A stretch of 64,000 bases of DNA from an uncultured delta proteobacterium. Its GTDB lineage: Bacteria > Myxococcota > Myxococcia > Myxococcales > Myxococcaceae. The first letter of the stretch is position 1; every line of letters starts with the position of its first letter. The DNA lies in contig CAVQKE010000005.1 of the NCBI GenBank assembly GCA_963713045.1, forward strand, positions 64,001 through 128,000, in the 5' to 3' direction. This document shows positions 29,430-39,919 of the stretch, in pieces. The position numbers were made by a program, and so were the translations under genes. Below the pieces are notes generated by a model. That model did not search any database. It was not told the origin of the DNA and worked only from the letters and a program-made list of their open reading frames with translations.

Positions 29430-32400
29430 AAGGTAACGACCAGCCTCTGGCTTTGAAAACGGCAGTCATGGACGGCAACACCGCGGCGGCGCACGTCGCT
29501 TATCGCGTGAACGAGGTTTGCGCCATCTTTCCCATTACTCCCTCCTCGACAATGGCGGAGCTCGCCGATGCGTGGGTGGCGCAGGGCCTGAAGAACATCT
29601 GGGGCCAGGTGCCCGTGGTTCAGCAAATGCAATCCGAGGGCGGGGCTGCAGGCGCAGTGCACGGCGCGCTGCAAAGTGGTGCTTTGACCACCACCTTCAC
29701 GGCCTCACAGGGCCTACTTCTGATGTTGCCCAACATGTACAAAATCGCGGGCGAGCTGACGCCGTGCGTTTTTCACGTCGCGGCGCGCGCCCTGGCCACC
29801 CAAGCCTTGTCCATCTTCGGAGACCACTCCGACGTCATGAGCGCACGCATGACTGGCTTCGGCATGCTGGCAGCGGCATCAGTCCAGGAGGCGCATGACC
29901 TGGCCGTCGTTGCGCAAGCGGCCACGCTGGAGTCGCGGGTTCCCTTGATGTTTTTCTTTGACGGGTTCCGTACCTCGCACGAGGAGAACAAAATCACGCT
30001 CATCCCGGACAGTCAGATTCGGGAGCTCATCGACGACGAACTCGTCCGCGCTCATCGCGCCCGCGCCCTGACGCCCGACCACCCGGTGGTCCGCGGCACG
30101 GCACACAACCCGGACACCTACTTCCAAGCGCGAGAATCAGTGAATTCGTTCTACGCACGAGTGCCAGCAATTGTGCAGACGGCCATGGACCGGCTCGGAG
30201 CATTGACAGGCCGTCGTTACCGCCTTTTCCGCTACAGCGGCGATGCCGACGCAGAGCGAGTGGTGATTGCCATCGGCTCAGCGTGCGAGGTGCTCGACGC
30301 GACAGCGGCCTGGCTCAGCAGTCGAGGTGACAAAGTGGGTGTTCTTCGGGTGGCTCTTTACCGGCCGTGGGACGTCAAGGCGTTCCTGGCCGCAATGCCG
30401 AAGAGCGTGAAATCGATTGCCGTGCTCGACCGGACCAAGGAGGTCGGCGCACCAGGCGAGCCGCTCTATCTGGACGTCGTCACCACCTACGCCAAGGCGT
30501 TTGCGGATGGCAACGTCACTCACATGCCCAAAGTCATCGGCGGCCGCTACGGGCTGGGTTCGAAGGACTTCGACCCTTCCATGGCGAAGGCCGTATTCGA
30601 TGTGCTGAAACACCCCGAATCACGGCACGGTTTCACGGTGGGCATCGTCGACGACGTCTCTGGCACCAGTCTTTCAACCGATGCAAGTTTCGACGTCGAA
30701 CCAGCGGAGGTCGTTCGGGCCTTGTTCTACGGGCTTGGCGCCGATGGCACGGTGGGGGCGAACAAGAACACCGCCAAGATTCTCGCCGCATCCCCGGACC
30801 GCCACGCCCAGGGGTACTTCGTCTACGACTCGAAAAAATCCGGCTCATATACCATCTCGCACTTACGTTTCGGCCCCAAACCCATCAGAGCCCCGTATCT
30901 TCTCAAGTCTGCAAACTTCGTCGGAGTTCATAAATTCGAATTCCTTTTTAAGTTCGATGTGCTTGGCGCGGCAGCGCATGGAGCAACGCTGCTTTTGAAC
31001 AGTCCCTACGACGCGGCGGTGGTGTGGAATGAGCTGCCACGGGAGGTCCAGAAGCAAGTCCTCGACAAAAAACTGAAGCTCTATGTCGTCGACGCTTCGA
31101 AAGTCGCATCTTCGCTGGGCCTCGGTTCTCGCACCAACACCATTCTCCAAACTTGCTTCTTCGCGCTGTCTGGGGTGCTACCCCGTGAGCAGGCAATCGC
31201 TCAAATTAAAGAGGAGACCGAGCGCACCTACGCCCGAAAGGGCCGGGAAATCGTCAAGAAGAATTTCGAAGCCATTGACACGGCTTTGGCCAGTCTCTTT
31301 GAGGTAAAGATTCCAACAACCGTCACCAGTCGGCGCACGCTCGACCGGACGGTGCCCGAGTCAGCACCGGAGTTTGTCCAACGCGTCACTGCCGCGATGA
31401 TGGTGCAGCGCGGAGATGCGCTGCCAGTCAGCGCGATGCCGGTCGACGGCACCTACCCCACTGGAACAACGCGCTTCGAAAAGCGAAATATCGCCGAGGA
31501 AGTGCCCATCTGGGAATCGGACCTCTGTATCCAGTGCGGGCAATGCGCGGTGGTGTGTCCGCACAGCGTGATTCGGGCCAAGTATTACGAGAAGGGCAGT
31601 CTGAAGGATGCGCCCACCCATTTTCGGGCGGCGGCAATCAACGCACGTGGCTATCCGGATTCGCGTTACACGCTCCAAGTGTACGTCGAGGACTGCACAG
31701 GGTGCGGGGTCTGCGTGGAGAACTGTCCTGCACACAGTCCGGACGACGCTCGGAAGCGGGCGATTAACATGAAGCCGCGCTTGGAGCACCTCGAGGCGGA
31801 ACGAACCAACATCACTTTCTTTGAGACGCTGCCCTGGGCGGACCGGACTCGAGTGAATTTTGCGAACGTGCGAGGGATGCAGTTTCTCGAGCCGTTGTTC
31901 GAGTTCCCGGGCGCTTGCGCTGGCTGTGGCGAGACGCCGTACTTGAAGATGCTCTCGCAGCTGTTTGGGGACCGGCTCCAAATTGCCAACGCCACCGGTT
32001 GCTCATCGATTTATGGCGGCAATCTACCGACCACGCCGTGGTCGAAGAACGCGGACGGACGCGGGCCGGCCTGGTCCAACTCGCTCTTCGAGGACAATGG
32101 CGAGTTCGGCCTGGGCTACCGGATTGCCATCGACCAGCAGGCGGAACTGGCTCGCTCGCTAGCTACAAAGCTGGCGCCGCAAATTGGTGAAGATTTGGTT
32201 GCGGCAGTTCTAAGCGCACCACAGATTACCGAGTCGGATTTCCGTATCCAGCGCCAGCGCGTGGCGGCCCTCAAAGCCAAGCTGGAGGAGGACGATGGTG
32301 CCGACGCCAAGAATCTAACGGCCGTCGCAGACTTCTTGGTACGCCGTTCCGTATGGCTCGTCGGTGGCGATGGTTGGGCCTATGACATCGGCTTCGGCGG

Positions 32401-33022
32401 CCTCGATCATGTTTTGTCGACTGGCAAGAACGTCAAGGTCCTCGTACTCGACACCGAGGTGTACTCCAACACAGGGGGCCAAGCCTCGAAAGCGACGCCG
32501 CTGGGAGCTTCAGCGAAATTTGCCGCAGCGGGAAAGAAGTCTCCGCGGAAGGACCTGGCCCTAATGGCCATCGCCTACGGCAACGTCTACGTCGCGCAGA
32601 TTTCGATGGGCGCCAACAGCGAGCAAGCCCTCATCGCTTTGCGCGAGGCAGAGGCCTACAACGGTCCAGCACTCGTCCTCGCCTATTCGCAGTGCATTGC
32701 CCACGGAACCGACCTCCGACACGGCATGAAGCAAGCGGCGCGTGCCGTGGCGAGCGGCCACTGGCCCCTCCTGCGATTTGACCCTGGCATGCGCAAGAGA
32801 GGCATGAACCCCTTCCGGTTGGACTCGACACGCCCCCGCATCTCGCTCGAGGAGTACCGGGACAATGAGGTCCGGTTCACATCGCTGACACAAACCCGTC
32901 CTGACGAAGCGCGCGCCATGTTGACCCAGGCGCAGCTCGCGCTGGATGAACGCTACCGACTCTACGAAGACATGGCGGCTCGCGACGGGAGCCGGTTCTT
33001 GCCACACTGGGAAGAAGTCTGA
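29426..33022 (+). CDS. nifJ: Pyruvate:ferredoxin (flavodoxin) oxidoreductase
   Basis: FPITPSSTM, MQSEGGAAG, GLGADGTVGANKN, two ferredoxin motifs, GACAGCGET, GGDGWAYDIG, YSNTGGQ; 1198 aa. Confidence 0.97.
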   Translation: MKGNDQPLALKTAVMDGNTAAAHVAYRVNEVCAIFPITPSSTMAELADAWVAQGLKNIWGQVPVVQQMQSEGGAAGAVHGALQSGALTTTFTASQGLLLMLPNMYKIAGELTPCVFHVAARALATQALSIFGDHSDVMSARMTGFGMLAAASVQEAHDLAVVAQAATLESRVPLMFFFDGFRTSHEENKITLIPDSQIRELIDDELVRAHRARALTPDHPVVRGTAHNPDTYFQARESVNSFYARVPAIVQTAMDRLGALTGRRYRLFRYSGDADAERVVIAIGSACEVLDATAAWLSSRGDKVGVLRVALYRPWDVKAFLAAMPKSVKSIAVLDRTKEVGAPGEPLYLDVVTTYAKAFADGNVTHMPKVIGGRYGLGSKDFDPSMAKAVFDVLKHPESRHGFTVGIVDDVSGTSLSTDASFDVEPAEVVRALFYGLGADGTVGANKNTAKILAASPDRHAQGYFVYDSKKSGSYTISHLRFGPKPIRAPYLLKSANFVGVHKFEFLFKFDVLGAAAHGATLLLNSPYDAAVVWNELPREVQKQVLDKKLKLYVVDASKVASSLGLGSRTNTILQTCFFALSGVLPREQAIAQIKEETERTYARKGREIVKKNFEAIDTALASLFEVKIPTTVTSRRTLDRTVPESAPEFVQRVTAAMMVQRGDALPVSAMPVDGTYPTGTTRFEKRNIAEEVPIWESDLCIQCGQCAVVCPHSVIRAKYYEKGSLKDAPTHFRAAAINARGYPDSRYTLQVYVEDCTGCGVCVENCPAHSPDDARKRAINMKPRLEHLEAERTNITFFETLPWADRTRVNFANVRGMQFLEPLFEFPGACAGCGETPYLKMLSQLFGDRLQIANATGCSSIYGGNLPTTPWSKNADGRGPAWSNSLFEDNGEFGLGYRIAIDQQAELARSLATKLAPQIGEDLVAAVLSAPQITESDFRIQRQRVAALKAKLEEDDGADAKNLTAVADFLVRRSVWLVGGDGWAYDIGFGGLDHVLSTGKNVKVLVLDTEVYSNTGGQASKATPLGASAKFAAAGKKSPRKDLALMAIAYGNVYVAQISMGANSEQALIALREAEAYNGPALVLAYSQCIAHGTDLRHGMKQAARAVASGHWPLLRFDPGMRKRGMNPFRLDSTRPRISLEEYRDNEVRFTSLTQTRPDEARAMLTQAQLALDERYRLYEDMAARDGSRFLPHWEEV

Positions 33023-33024
33023 CC

Positions 33025-34032
33025 ATGGACCTCGCGACGAGGTACCTGGGACTCGAGCTGAGGCACCCGATTATCGCGTCAGCATCGCCCCTTACGGCGA
33101 GCTTCGACGGAATGCGCCGCCTTGAGGATTCGGGGGCCGCTGCAGTCGTGATGGCGTCTCTGTATGAGGAGCAGATTCGCGCCGAGGATTCAGCCTATGC
33201 CGTGCTGACTGAGCAGGGGTCATTCTCGCAGGCGGAGGCAGGGACCTACTTTCCTGAACTCCCCGACTACTACCGCGGAGTGTCAGGACACCTAGAAACC
33301 CTACGGCGAGCCTCGGAAGCCCTCTCCATTCCAGTCATCGCCAGTCTCAATGGCACCACCCGTGACGGGTGGCATGAGTACGCGAGGCTCCTCGAAGAAG
33401 CTGGCGCCGACGCTTTGGAGTTGAACCTCTTTTTGGTCCCGGCGGACGCGGGGACGAGCGGACTGGACGTCGAGGCGAAGTATCTCGACGTCGTCCGTCG
33501 GGTCAAGGCAAGTGTTCGCATCCCTGTATCGCTCAAGCTGTCACCCTTCTTCAGCGCCTTGGGGCACATGGCAGCCCAATTGGAGAAGGCCGGAGCGAAC
33601 GGACTCGTTCTCTTCAATCGCTTCTTTCACCGGGATATAGACCTGGAGTCGCTGACCCTCACCTTGGACGTGCACCTCTCAACACCGGCAGAAATTCATT
33701 TGCCCTTAGTTTGGATCGCGCTCTTGTCGCGAAACGTCAAGATGTCGCTCGCCGCGAGCCGGGGCGTCGATTCTCACGAGCAAGTCGTGAAGTACCTACT
33801 TGCCGGCGCCGATGCCGTCATGACGACGTCCGCGTTGCTTCGTCACGGCCCCGGCCACCTCGGAACGCTGATTGCTGGGCTAGAACACTGGCTCGAAGAG
33901 AATGGCTTCCCGTCGGTAGCCGCGATGCGAGGACTCAGAGACGCCACGCATGGCGAGAACGCCGCAGACCTGCTTCGCACGGACTACGTCAAGTCACTCA
34001 TTGGCTACGCTCCCAAACAGCACAGTGCCTAA
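33025..34032 (+). CDS. Dihydroorotate dehydrogenase-like flavoprotein
   Basis: YLGLELRHPIIASASPL, SLYEEQI, PVIASLNG, LELN, KLSPFFS, LFNRF. Confidence 0.9.
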   Translation: MDLATRYLGLELRHPIIASASPLTASFDGMRRLEDSGAAAVVMASLYEEQIRAEDSAYAVLTEQGSFSQAEAGTYFPELPDYYRGVSGHLETLRRASEALSIPVIASLNGTTRDGWHEYARLLEEAGADALELNLFLVPADAGTSGLDVEAKYLDVVRRVKASVRIPVSLKLSPFFSALGHMAAQLEKAGANGLVLFNRFFHRDIDLESLTLTLDVHLSTPAEIHLPLVWIALLSRNVKMSLAASRGVDSHEQVVKYLLAGADAVMTTSALLRHGPGHLGTLIAGLEHWLEENGFPSVAAMRGLRDATHGENAADLLRTDYVKSLIGYAPKQHSA

Positions 34033-34341
34033 GACGGAAGACGCGCGGATTTCTCGCGCCTTTGAAGGGGCGACACTTGCACCGATGGAGGCCTGAGCTG
34101 GCGCGGGTGAAGAACCCACCGTCATGAAGGCATCGGTCTTGCGACACGACCAGATGGCGAACTCCGAGGCGCGCAGCGCTCAAAGCGAGCGACAGAGCGA
34201 GCGCTACGTTGCTGCCAGTGGTTCACCAAGGGAAAGCCCTGCAGGCAACGCCCATCTGGGCCCGTCCGTTGCTTGCCTCGAGGCGGACAAGGAGAGAAAA
34301 TCGCTTCTCGGTCGACCCTCGGACTGTCATTGGAGTTGCCC

Positions 34342-35061
34342 TTGGTCTCAGCCGACGACTCGAAAGAGAATGGACTACTGGCAGCGCTGCCCCCGGTCGA
34401 ATCCGGCCGCTGGCTGCCGTACTTGGAACCCGTAGAAATGCCCCTCGGCAGCGTGCTCTACGAGCCCGGGACCCCCACGACGCACGTATATTTCCCGACG
34501 ACATCGATTGTGTCGCTCTTGTACGTGATGGAAGACGGGGCGTCCGCAGAGATTGCCGTTGTCGGGCGCGAGGGCGTCGTTGGCGTTTCGCTTTTTATGG
34601 GCGGCGAATCGACACCGAGCCGCGCAGTCGTCCAGAGCGGCGGGTACGGGTTTCGCTTGACCGCGAAGTTGATGATGCAGGAGTTCGCGCGCTCCGGCGC
34701 TGTCCTGCACTTGATGCTCCGCTATACGCAGGCCCTTCTTACTCAAATGGCGCAGACTGCCGTGTGCAATCGGCACCATTCACTGGACCAGCAGCTGTGC
34801 CGCTGGCTCCTACTCAGTGTGGACCGACTCCATGGCGATGCTCTCGTCATGACGCAAGAGCTCATCGCCAACATGCTGGGAGTTCGGCGCGAAGGCGTTA
34901 CTCAGGCTGCCGGCCATTTGCAAGGGGCGGGGCTCATTCGATACCGACGCGGGCACATCACGGTGCTTGACCGCCCGGGGCTTGAGAGGCGCGTCTGCGA
35001 ATGCTACGCCGTCGTCAAGAAAGAATACGACCGCTTGCTGCCGAGTAAGCCGGCAAACTAA
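34342..35061 (+). CDS. Crp/Fnr-family transcriptional regulator
   Basis: cNMP-binding region (VGREGVVG) and HTH TQELIANMLGVRREGVT; C-terminal CECY. Start uncertain. Confidence 0.92.
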   Translation: MVSADDSKENGLLAALPPVESGRWLPYLEPVEMPLGSVLYEPGTPTTHVYFPTTSIVSLLYVMEDGASAEIAVVGREGVVGVSLFMGGESTPSRAVVQSGGYGFRLTAKLMMQEFARSGAVLHLMLRYTQALLTQMAQTAVCNRHHSLDQQLCRWLLLSVDRLHGDALVMTQELIANMLGVRREGVTQAAGHLQGAGLIRYRRGHITVLDRPGLERRVCECYAVVKKEYDRLLPSKPAN

Positions 35062-35721
35062 GCGCGATTCACTCCTCCGCCGTTCGGTGTAACGTTGGCC
35101 GCGGACTTCGTCTAGCGGTCGGTTCCAACGCGGCCGTCGGGAGTTCTTGAAGTGCTTCCTTCGGACCTTCACGACAGCGCTTGCCGGCAGTGCGGCCCAC
35201 CTCCGTTGAATCCAGGAAGAGTGAACCATCGCGGAAACTGCTTCGACGTCCGGAGGGACCTGTTTCGGGAGGACTCGGCATTGGCTTCGAATGCCCGTCG
35301 CACGCTGAATACGACTGCGCTGCTGCTGCCGACGAGGGCAAGAGTCTGTGCCGTTTCGCAGTATGTGCGGCAGCGCACAGACTGGCCGCGCTGCCGCCCA
35401 CAACCATCGCGCAACACGCAAGTCTTGCGCACGGCCGGTGGATTTTGCGCTTCCACAAAATAGGCTTTTAGGCTTTCTTCTTCGTGTGAGGGGGTCCGAT
35501 GTCTCGAGGGGTGGCCATGCTGCCGTTGCTCGTTTGCGACTCGTCTCGGCTCATGAGGCGGCTGCACCCGAGGGGAACGGCCGCCGAAGGTCGCCCTTAC
35601 TCTCAGTGCCATCGTCGGGCGGTATGCCGAGGAGGCGCTGGACTCTCCGCCCTCGGAGGTCATTCGCGCCGCGCACGAAATGTGCAGTAGTTGCCGGGTC
35701 CGCTCGGGAAAAGAGACTTAT

Positions 35722-38559
35722 ATGTTTCGAAAAACATTAATGGTCATCGCCATGTTGGCAGCTGCGTGCACCGGCTCGACGGGCCCAACTGGCCCAACCG
35801 GGCCAACTGGCCCGACAGGCCCGGCCGGCCCTTCAGGAGATGCCGGGGCTCCCGGTGCAGGAGGGTGCACTGGACTCGCCCCGGGCCAAACCGCAGGGTT
35901 GACGGCAAGCGTCGCGGTCTCGAGCCCGAGCAATGGCTCCTTCTTCCAGACGGGAGAACAGCCGGTGCTCACCATCGGTTTCACGGACAACTGTGGCACG
36001 CAACTCGCCTCTTCAACCCTCGCGACCGCCGAGCTCTTCGTCTATGGGCCGCGGGACCCGCTCACCACCGTCACCAACGTGGACTTGCTGAATGTCCCCT
36101 ACGCCGTTTTCGCGGCCTACGCGCCACTCCTGGGCTTCCCGGACGGCGGCCCGCCAAACCGGGTGGTGAATGCGGACAACACCATCACCTATACGCTTGA
36201 GCCCATCAGCGTTGTGGACGCAGGTCCCATTCCCCCTGGCCAGCTTCCAGGCACTTATACCGTCGGCGTCTGGGCGCTCAGTCCAGGTCCACCGTCCAAC
36301 GCGGCGAATGCCATTGACCAGGCTTTCACGCTCGTCGACTTCCAGATTGGCACCGCCAACGTGGAAACCCTCATCAGTGGCCCCGGGGATGGCGGCCAGG
36401 TTTCCGCCACCGAGCACAACTCGACCTGCTTCGCCTGTCACCAGAACCACGCAACGGGGGGCAAGACGTACATCGCTCACATTGCGCCCGAGCCTCCCCG
36501 CTCCAATGTCGGCGACTACTCCCTCGACTCGCTTCCCATCGGGACGTGCAAGGCCTGCCATAACTGGCGGGGCTACAGCCCCAATCCTCTGGTTCGCAAA
36601 GTGCACAGCGCGCACCGGGGACAGCATCAACTCGCTCCAGGCGTCCCACACGAAGACTACGGCCTAGGTAGTGACACCTCACTCCCCGCATACCTGAATG
36701 TTGGGTTTCCGTTGATGCCCCTGGGGGGCACAACGGTGGCGGTAGCGCCCATTGTGCCCACCTCTAACGGCGGTATTGCTCCAATTCCTTTTCCTGGAGC
36801 GTTTAGCTACGAAACCCTCACCGGGGACAGCGCGATGGAGAAGGACTGCACTGCCTGTCACGTCAACAGCGTGTGGCAGACCACCCTTTCGCGGGCGGCT
36901 TGCGGCACCTGCCATGAAAATGTTTTCTTCACGTACAACCAACCGGGTGGCGGCGTCACGGGCGGCGCGCCGCTTCCGGATGGCGGCGTGGATGTTAACA
37001 ATAACATTTATCCACCCACTGTGTTCGGCCCGCTGCCAGGTGGGGTCGCTTGTGCCAGCAACTCCGACTGCCAGCAGGTGTACCCGGTTGGGTTGAAAAC
37101 GCCGGGCAACTCGCTTGCAACTTGTGACACCACCGCCGGCTCGGTGACCTTCGGTTCCTGCATCTCCACCTCACATCCGGCAATCAGCAGCGTGTCTCCA
37201 GACACACAATGCGCCACTTGCCATGCCGCAGAAGTTGGAAGCTTCGCCCCGGTGGACAGCGTACACAACATTAGCCAGTGGCAGCCGCCTATTTCTCTCG
37301 ACGGCTATACCTTCCAGAACGTCACCGTCACAGGAGGCAGCGGCTCGGGCGGCAGCTTCAATGTCGGCGACACACCAACGTTGAGCTTCCAGCTCTTCGA
37401 CAACACGGGTGCCGCCGTCACGGACCTCGGCACCAACTCTGCTTGGTCGGGCACCTTCTTCGTCGCCGGGCCGACGTCCAACCAGCAGCGAGTGTTCGGG
37501 ACTGCCACCGGCGGCCTCTCGATGAAGACCGCCGCGCAGGGAACCCTCGCGTACACCGCGGCGACACAGACTTACACCTATACGCCGAGCACCACGTGGC
37601 CAGCCAATGCGCTGGCCCCCATCAACAGTGGCCTCACCCCGCAGCCCGCTCCGCCCGGCATTTACACGGTGTGGTTCTACTGGGCCAAGACAACCAATGG
37701 CATCCGGGACGCCGTGGACGCCCAAACGGTGGTGAATTTCCAAAACACTGGACCGCTCCCCGCGAATGGCCGTCAGGTGGTAACTCAGGAGGCGTGCGCG
37801 TCGTGCCACGGCGCGTCCACAGACGGCGGCGTCTTCTTCCCGCACCTGGCGCTCCACGGTGACCAGCGAAAGAACGCTGAGACGTGCAACGTCTGCCACG
37901 CCCAGTTCGCCCAGGACGATTTGGCCGGCACCTCGACGGGCAGTTGCACCACCAATACCCAGTGTGCTGGCTATGACCCCGCGAACCCAGCGTTGAGCTG
38001 GCAAATGTGTACCGCAGGTGCCTGCGTCGCCTTTATTGACCCGACTCCGGGAGTGGAAATCGACTTCCAGAAGTTGATCCACAACATTCATTACGCGCGA
38101 CTGCGCGAGGGGTTTGCCGAACAGGGCAACCTCGGCACGCCCTGGGCCAACCCACCCATTCCGGCGGGCACGTACAACATCTTCAGCTCGCACGGCGGCC
38201 TCAGCAATTTCCAACAGGTGCTCTCGCCGGTGGACGTTCGCTCCTGCACCAACTGCCACGGCGACTCCAATGCCGCTTGCTCGGCCACCGCGCCCTGCGC
38301 CTTTGGACAGACCTGCGGTTCGGCCGGTGCGTGCACCAACAACGCCTACCTTGCTCCCACCGCCCGGGCGTGCATCACGTGCCATGATTCGGCCGCGGCC
38401 TACGCCCACGCCGAAGTCAACACCTACAGTCCCCCCGATGCTGGCGCCGTCGAAGCCTGCGACGTGTGCCACGGAAGTGGTGCGGCGTTCGCCGTGGACG
38501 TGGTGCACAACATTACGACGCTTTACCCCGTCAACCTGGCCTACCCGCGGGAGCCCTAA
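35722..38559 (+). CDS. Decaheme OmcA/MtrC-type cytochrome c lipoprotein
   Basis: Lipobox LAAAC; ten CxxCH in two groups of five separated by beta-rich domains; RKVHSAH, KLIHNIH and LALHG ligand motifs. Confidence 0.85.
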   Translation: MFRKTLMVIAMLAAACTGSTGPTGPTGPTGPTGPAGPSGDAGAPGAGGCTGLAPGQTAGLTASVAVSSPSNGSFFQTGEQPVLTIGFTDNCGTQLASSTLATAELFVYGPRDPLTTVTNVDLLNVPYAVFAAYAPLLGFPDGGPPNRVVNADNTITYTLEPISVVDAGPIPPGQLPGTYTVGVWALSPGPPSNAANAIDQAFTLVDFQIGTANVETLISGPGDGGQVSATEHNSTCFACHQNHATGGKTYIAHIAPEPPRSNVGDYSLDSLPIGTCKACHNWRGYSPNPLVRKVHSAHRGQHQLAPGVPHEDYGLGSDTSLPAYLNVGFPLMPLGGTTVAVAPIVPTSNGGIAPIPFPGAFSYETLTGDSAMEKDCTACHVNSVWQTTLSRAACGTCHENVFFTYNQPGGGVTGGAPLPDGGVDVNNNIYPPTVFGPLPGGVACASNSDCQQVYPVGLKTPGNSLATCDTTAGSVTFGSCISTSHPAISSVSPDTQCATCHAAEVGSFAPVDSVHNISQWQPPISLDGYTFQNVTVTGGSGSGGSFNVGDTPTLSFQLFDNTGAAVTDLGTNSAWSGTFFVAGPTSNQQRVFGTATGGLSMKTAAQGTLAYTAATQTYTYTPSTTWPANALAPINSGLTPQPAPPGIYTVWFYWAKTTNGIRDAVDAQTVVNFQNTGPLPANGRQVVTQEACASCHGASTDGGVFFPHLALHGDQRKNAETCNVCHAQFAQDDLAGTSTGSCTTNTQCAGYDPANPALSWQMCTAGACVAFIDPTPGVEIDFQKLIHNIHYARLREGFAEQGNLGTPWANPPIPAGTYNIFSSHGGLSNFQQVLSPVDVRSCTNCHGDSNAACSATAPCAFGQTCGSAGACTNNAYLAPTARACITCHDSAAAYAHAEVNTYSPPDAGAVEACDVCHGSGAAFAVDVVHNITTLYPVNLAYPREP
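35773..35862 (+). repeat. Collagen-like (Gly-X-Y)10 repeat
   Basis: GST GPT GPT GPT GPT GPA GPS GDA GAP GAG directly after the lipobox. Confidence 0.85.
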
Positions 38560-38568
38560 GCGGCGGCA

Positions 38569-38610
38569 CGAGGCTCGCCGAAGGGCCCCCGCCTTCGGCA
38601 GCACGCCTCG
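38569..38610 (+). terminator. GC-rich hairpin downstream of the decaheme gene
   Basis: GCCGAAGG/CCTTCGGC stem extended by CGAGGC/GCCTCG; no U-tract. Confidence 0.35.
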
Positions 38611-38859
38611 TCTTCAAGGGGGCGCAGTCCGAGGATGTGTGACGACAGCGTAAAACGCTGAGCGCCGCGGGGCGGCCACACCTACGGAGAGGCCGCCACA
38701 CGCAAACCGCCGGGCGGCACGTGCGTCCAAAGGGCCGCCCGGCAAGTTCAGCTCCCAGACAGCGGGATCTCGGGGCGAGCGACTCTCTGATCGGAGACTA
38801 CAAAACGTCGATATGATACCGGTGCGTGGAACAGACCGGCGTCTAAAGGAACAGCGTAG

Positions 38860-39213
38860 ATGACGAAAGCTCCCCGCGGATTTAATCTCGCTTCGAAACC
38901 GAGCGGCGACGGGTGTGTTGAATGCCTGGCCTCACCGAAAGGTTGGTGGCTTCATCTCCGACGGTGTGCGGAGTGCGGCCACATCGGATGCTGTGACAGT
39001 TCTCCGAGTCAGCATGCATCGAAGCACGCAGCGGCAACAGGGCATCCGATCATAAGCAGCTTTGAGCCGGGCGAAGACTGGTTCTTCGATTACGAAAAGC
39101 CGGGGATGATCAAAGGTCTCGAATTGCTTCCGCCGCACGCGCATCCCGAAAGTCAGCCCACACCTGGACCCGCAGGAAGGGTGCCAGCCAACTGGGAATC
39201 GCTCCTGAACTAG
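38860..39213 (+). CDS. UBP-type zinc finger protein
   Basis: CVEC...HLRRCAECGHIGCCDSSPSQHASKH...HPI...EPGEDW. Confidence 0.9.
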   Translation: MTKAPRGFNLASKPSGDGCVECLASPKGWWLHLRRCAECGHIGCCDSSPSQHASKHAAATGHPIISSFEPGEDWFFDYEKPGMIKGLELLPPHAHPESQPTPGPAGRVPANWESLLN

Positions 39214-39307
39214 CTGCCCGTTAGAGGGTGGCCAGTAGCTGAAACGCTTCTTTCGACCGTCGGCGTTTCCAGTTGGACCCTCATTTACCGACAACAGGAG
39301 GGATCGC

Positions 39308-39610
39308 GTGCATCTACCTCACGCTCCGATTGCACACGAAGGCTTCTTCGCAACTCACTTCTTCACCGTGAGCGACCAGGACAAATCGAAGGACTTCTAC
39401 GTCCGAATTCTCGGCGGGACAGTGATCAAGCCAGACAATCCCTGCTACATCAAGCTGGCCAATACGGGGATCATTCTGAATTCCGGCGGCGGCCCGACGC
39501 CTGACAAGCCGGAGGTCCTTCTTGAAACGCCGTCAAACCTGAACAGAGTGAATGGCTTTCTTAATCTGCGTGTTGCCGACATCTGGGGCTGCTACAAACA
39601 ATCTCATTGA
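39308..39610 (+). pseudogene. VOC/glyoxalase family protein, C-terminally truncated
   Basis: VSDQDKSKDFYVRILG and LNLRVADI present; final VOC strands missing. Confidence 0.6.
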
Positions 39611-39919
39611 GGTTGGCCAATTTAGTCAAGTCGCTCTTGACTATTTCAACAACCGAAGTGCAGTTCGACAGCCATACACGAGAGTCCGTTCGGAGGGCCG
39701 GTGGGCAACTCAGGACTGGAAGGGCTGCCGTCCGGGCTAGCGACTAAGGCCTAGCGCCCTGCCGGCGCTCGGAACCTGGCGCCACATCGTTCCGCCTCGC
39801 GGAGATCACGAATCGGCAATCCACTTCCGAAATCAAGCGTGTCCGTCTCCGGTGCCTTTGTCACGATTCACCCGCCGGTGCTGTTCAATACCGCACTAGA
39901 TCGCAAATGGTGGGCTGAA

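Noticed and set aside
35070..35720. Riboswitch upstream of the decaheme gene
   Set aside because: The intergenic region is long, but I could not recognise c-di-GMP or other riboswitch consensus by eye; an Rfam scan would decide.
35773..35862. CRISPR or non-coding tandem repeat
   Set aside because: It is a 9-bp periodic coding repeat (Gly-X-Y). I saw no repeat-spacer array in the window.
37171..38604. Long antisense ORFs (477 aa here; 511 aa at 46457-47992)
   Set aside because: They are shadows of well-supported GC-rich genes on the opposite strand and carry no motifs.
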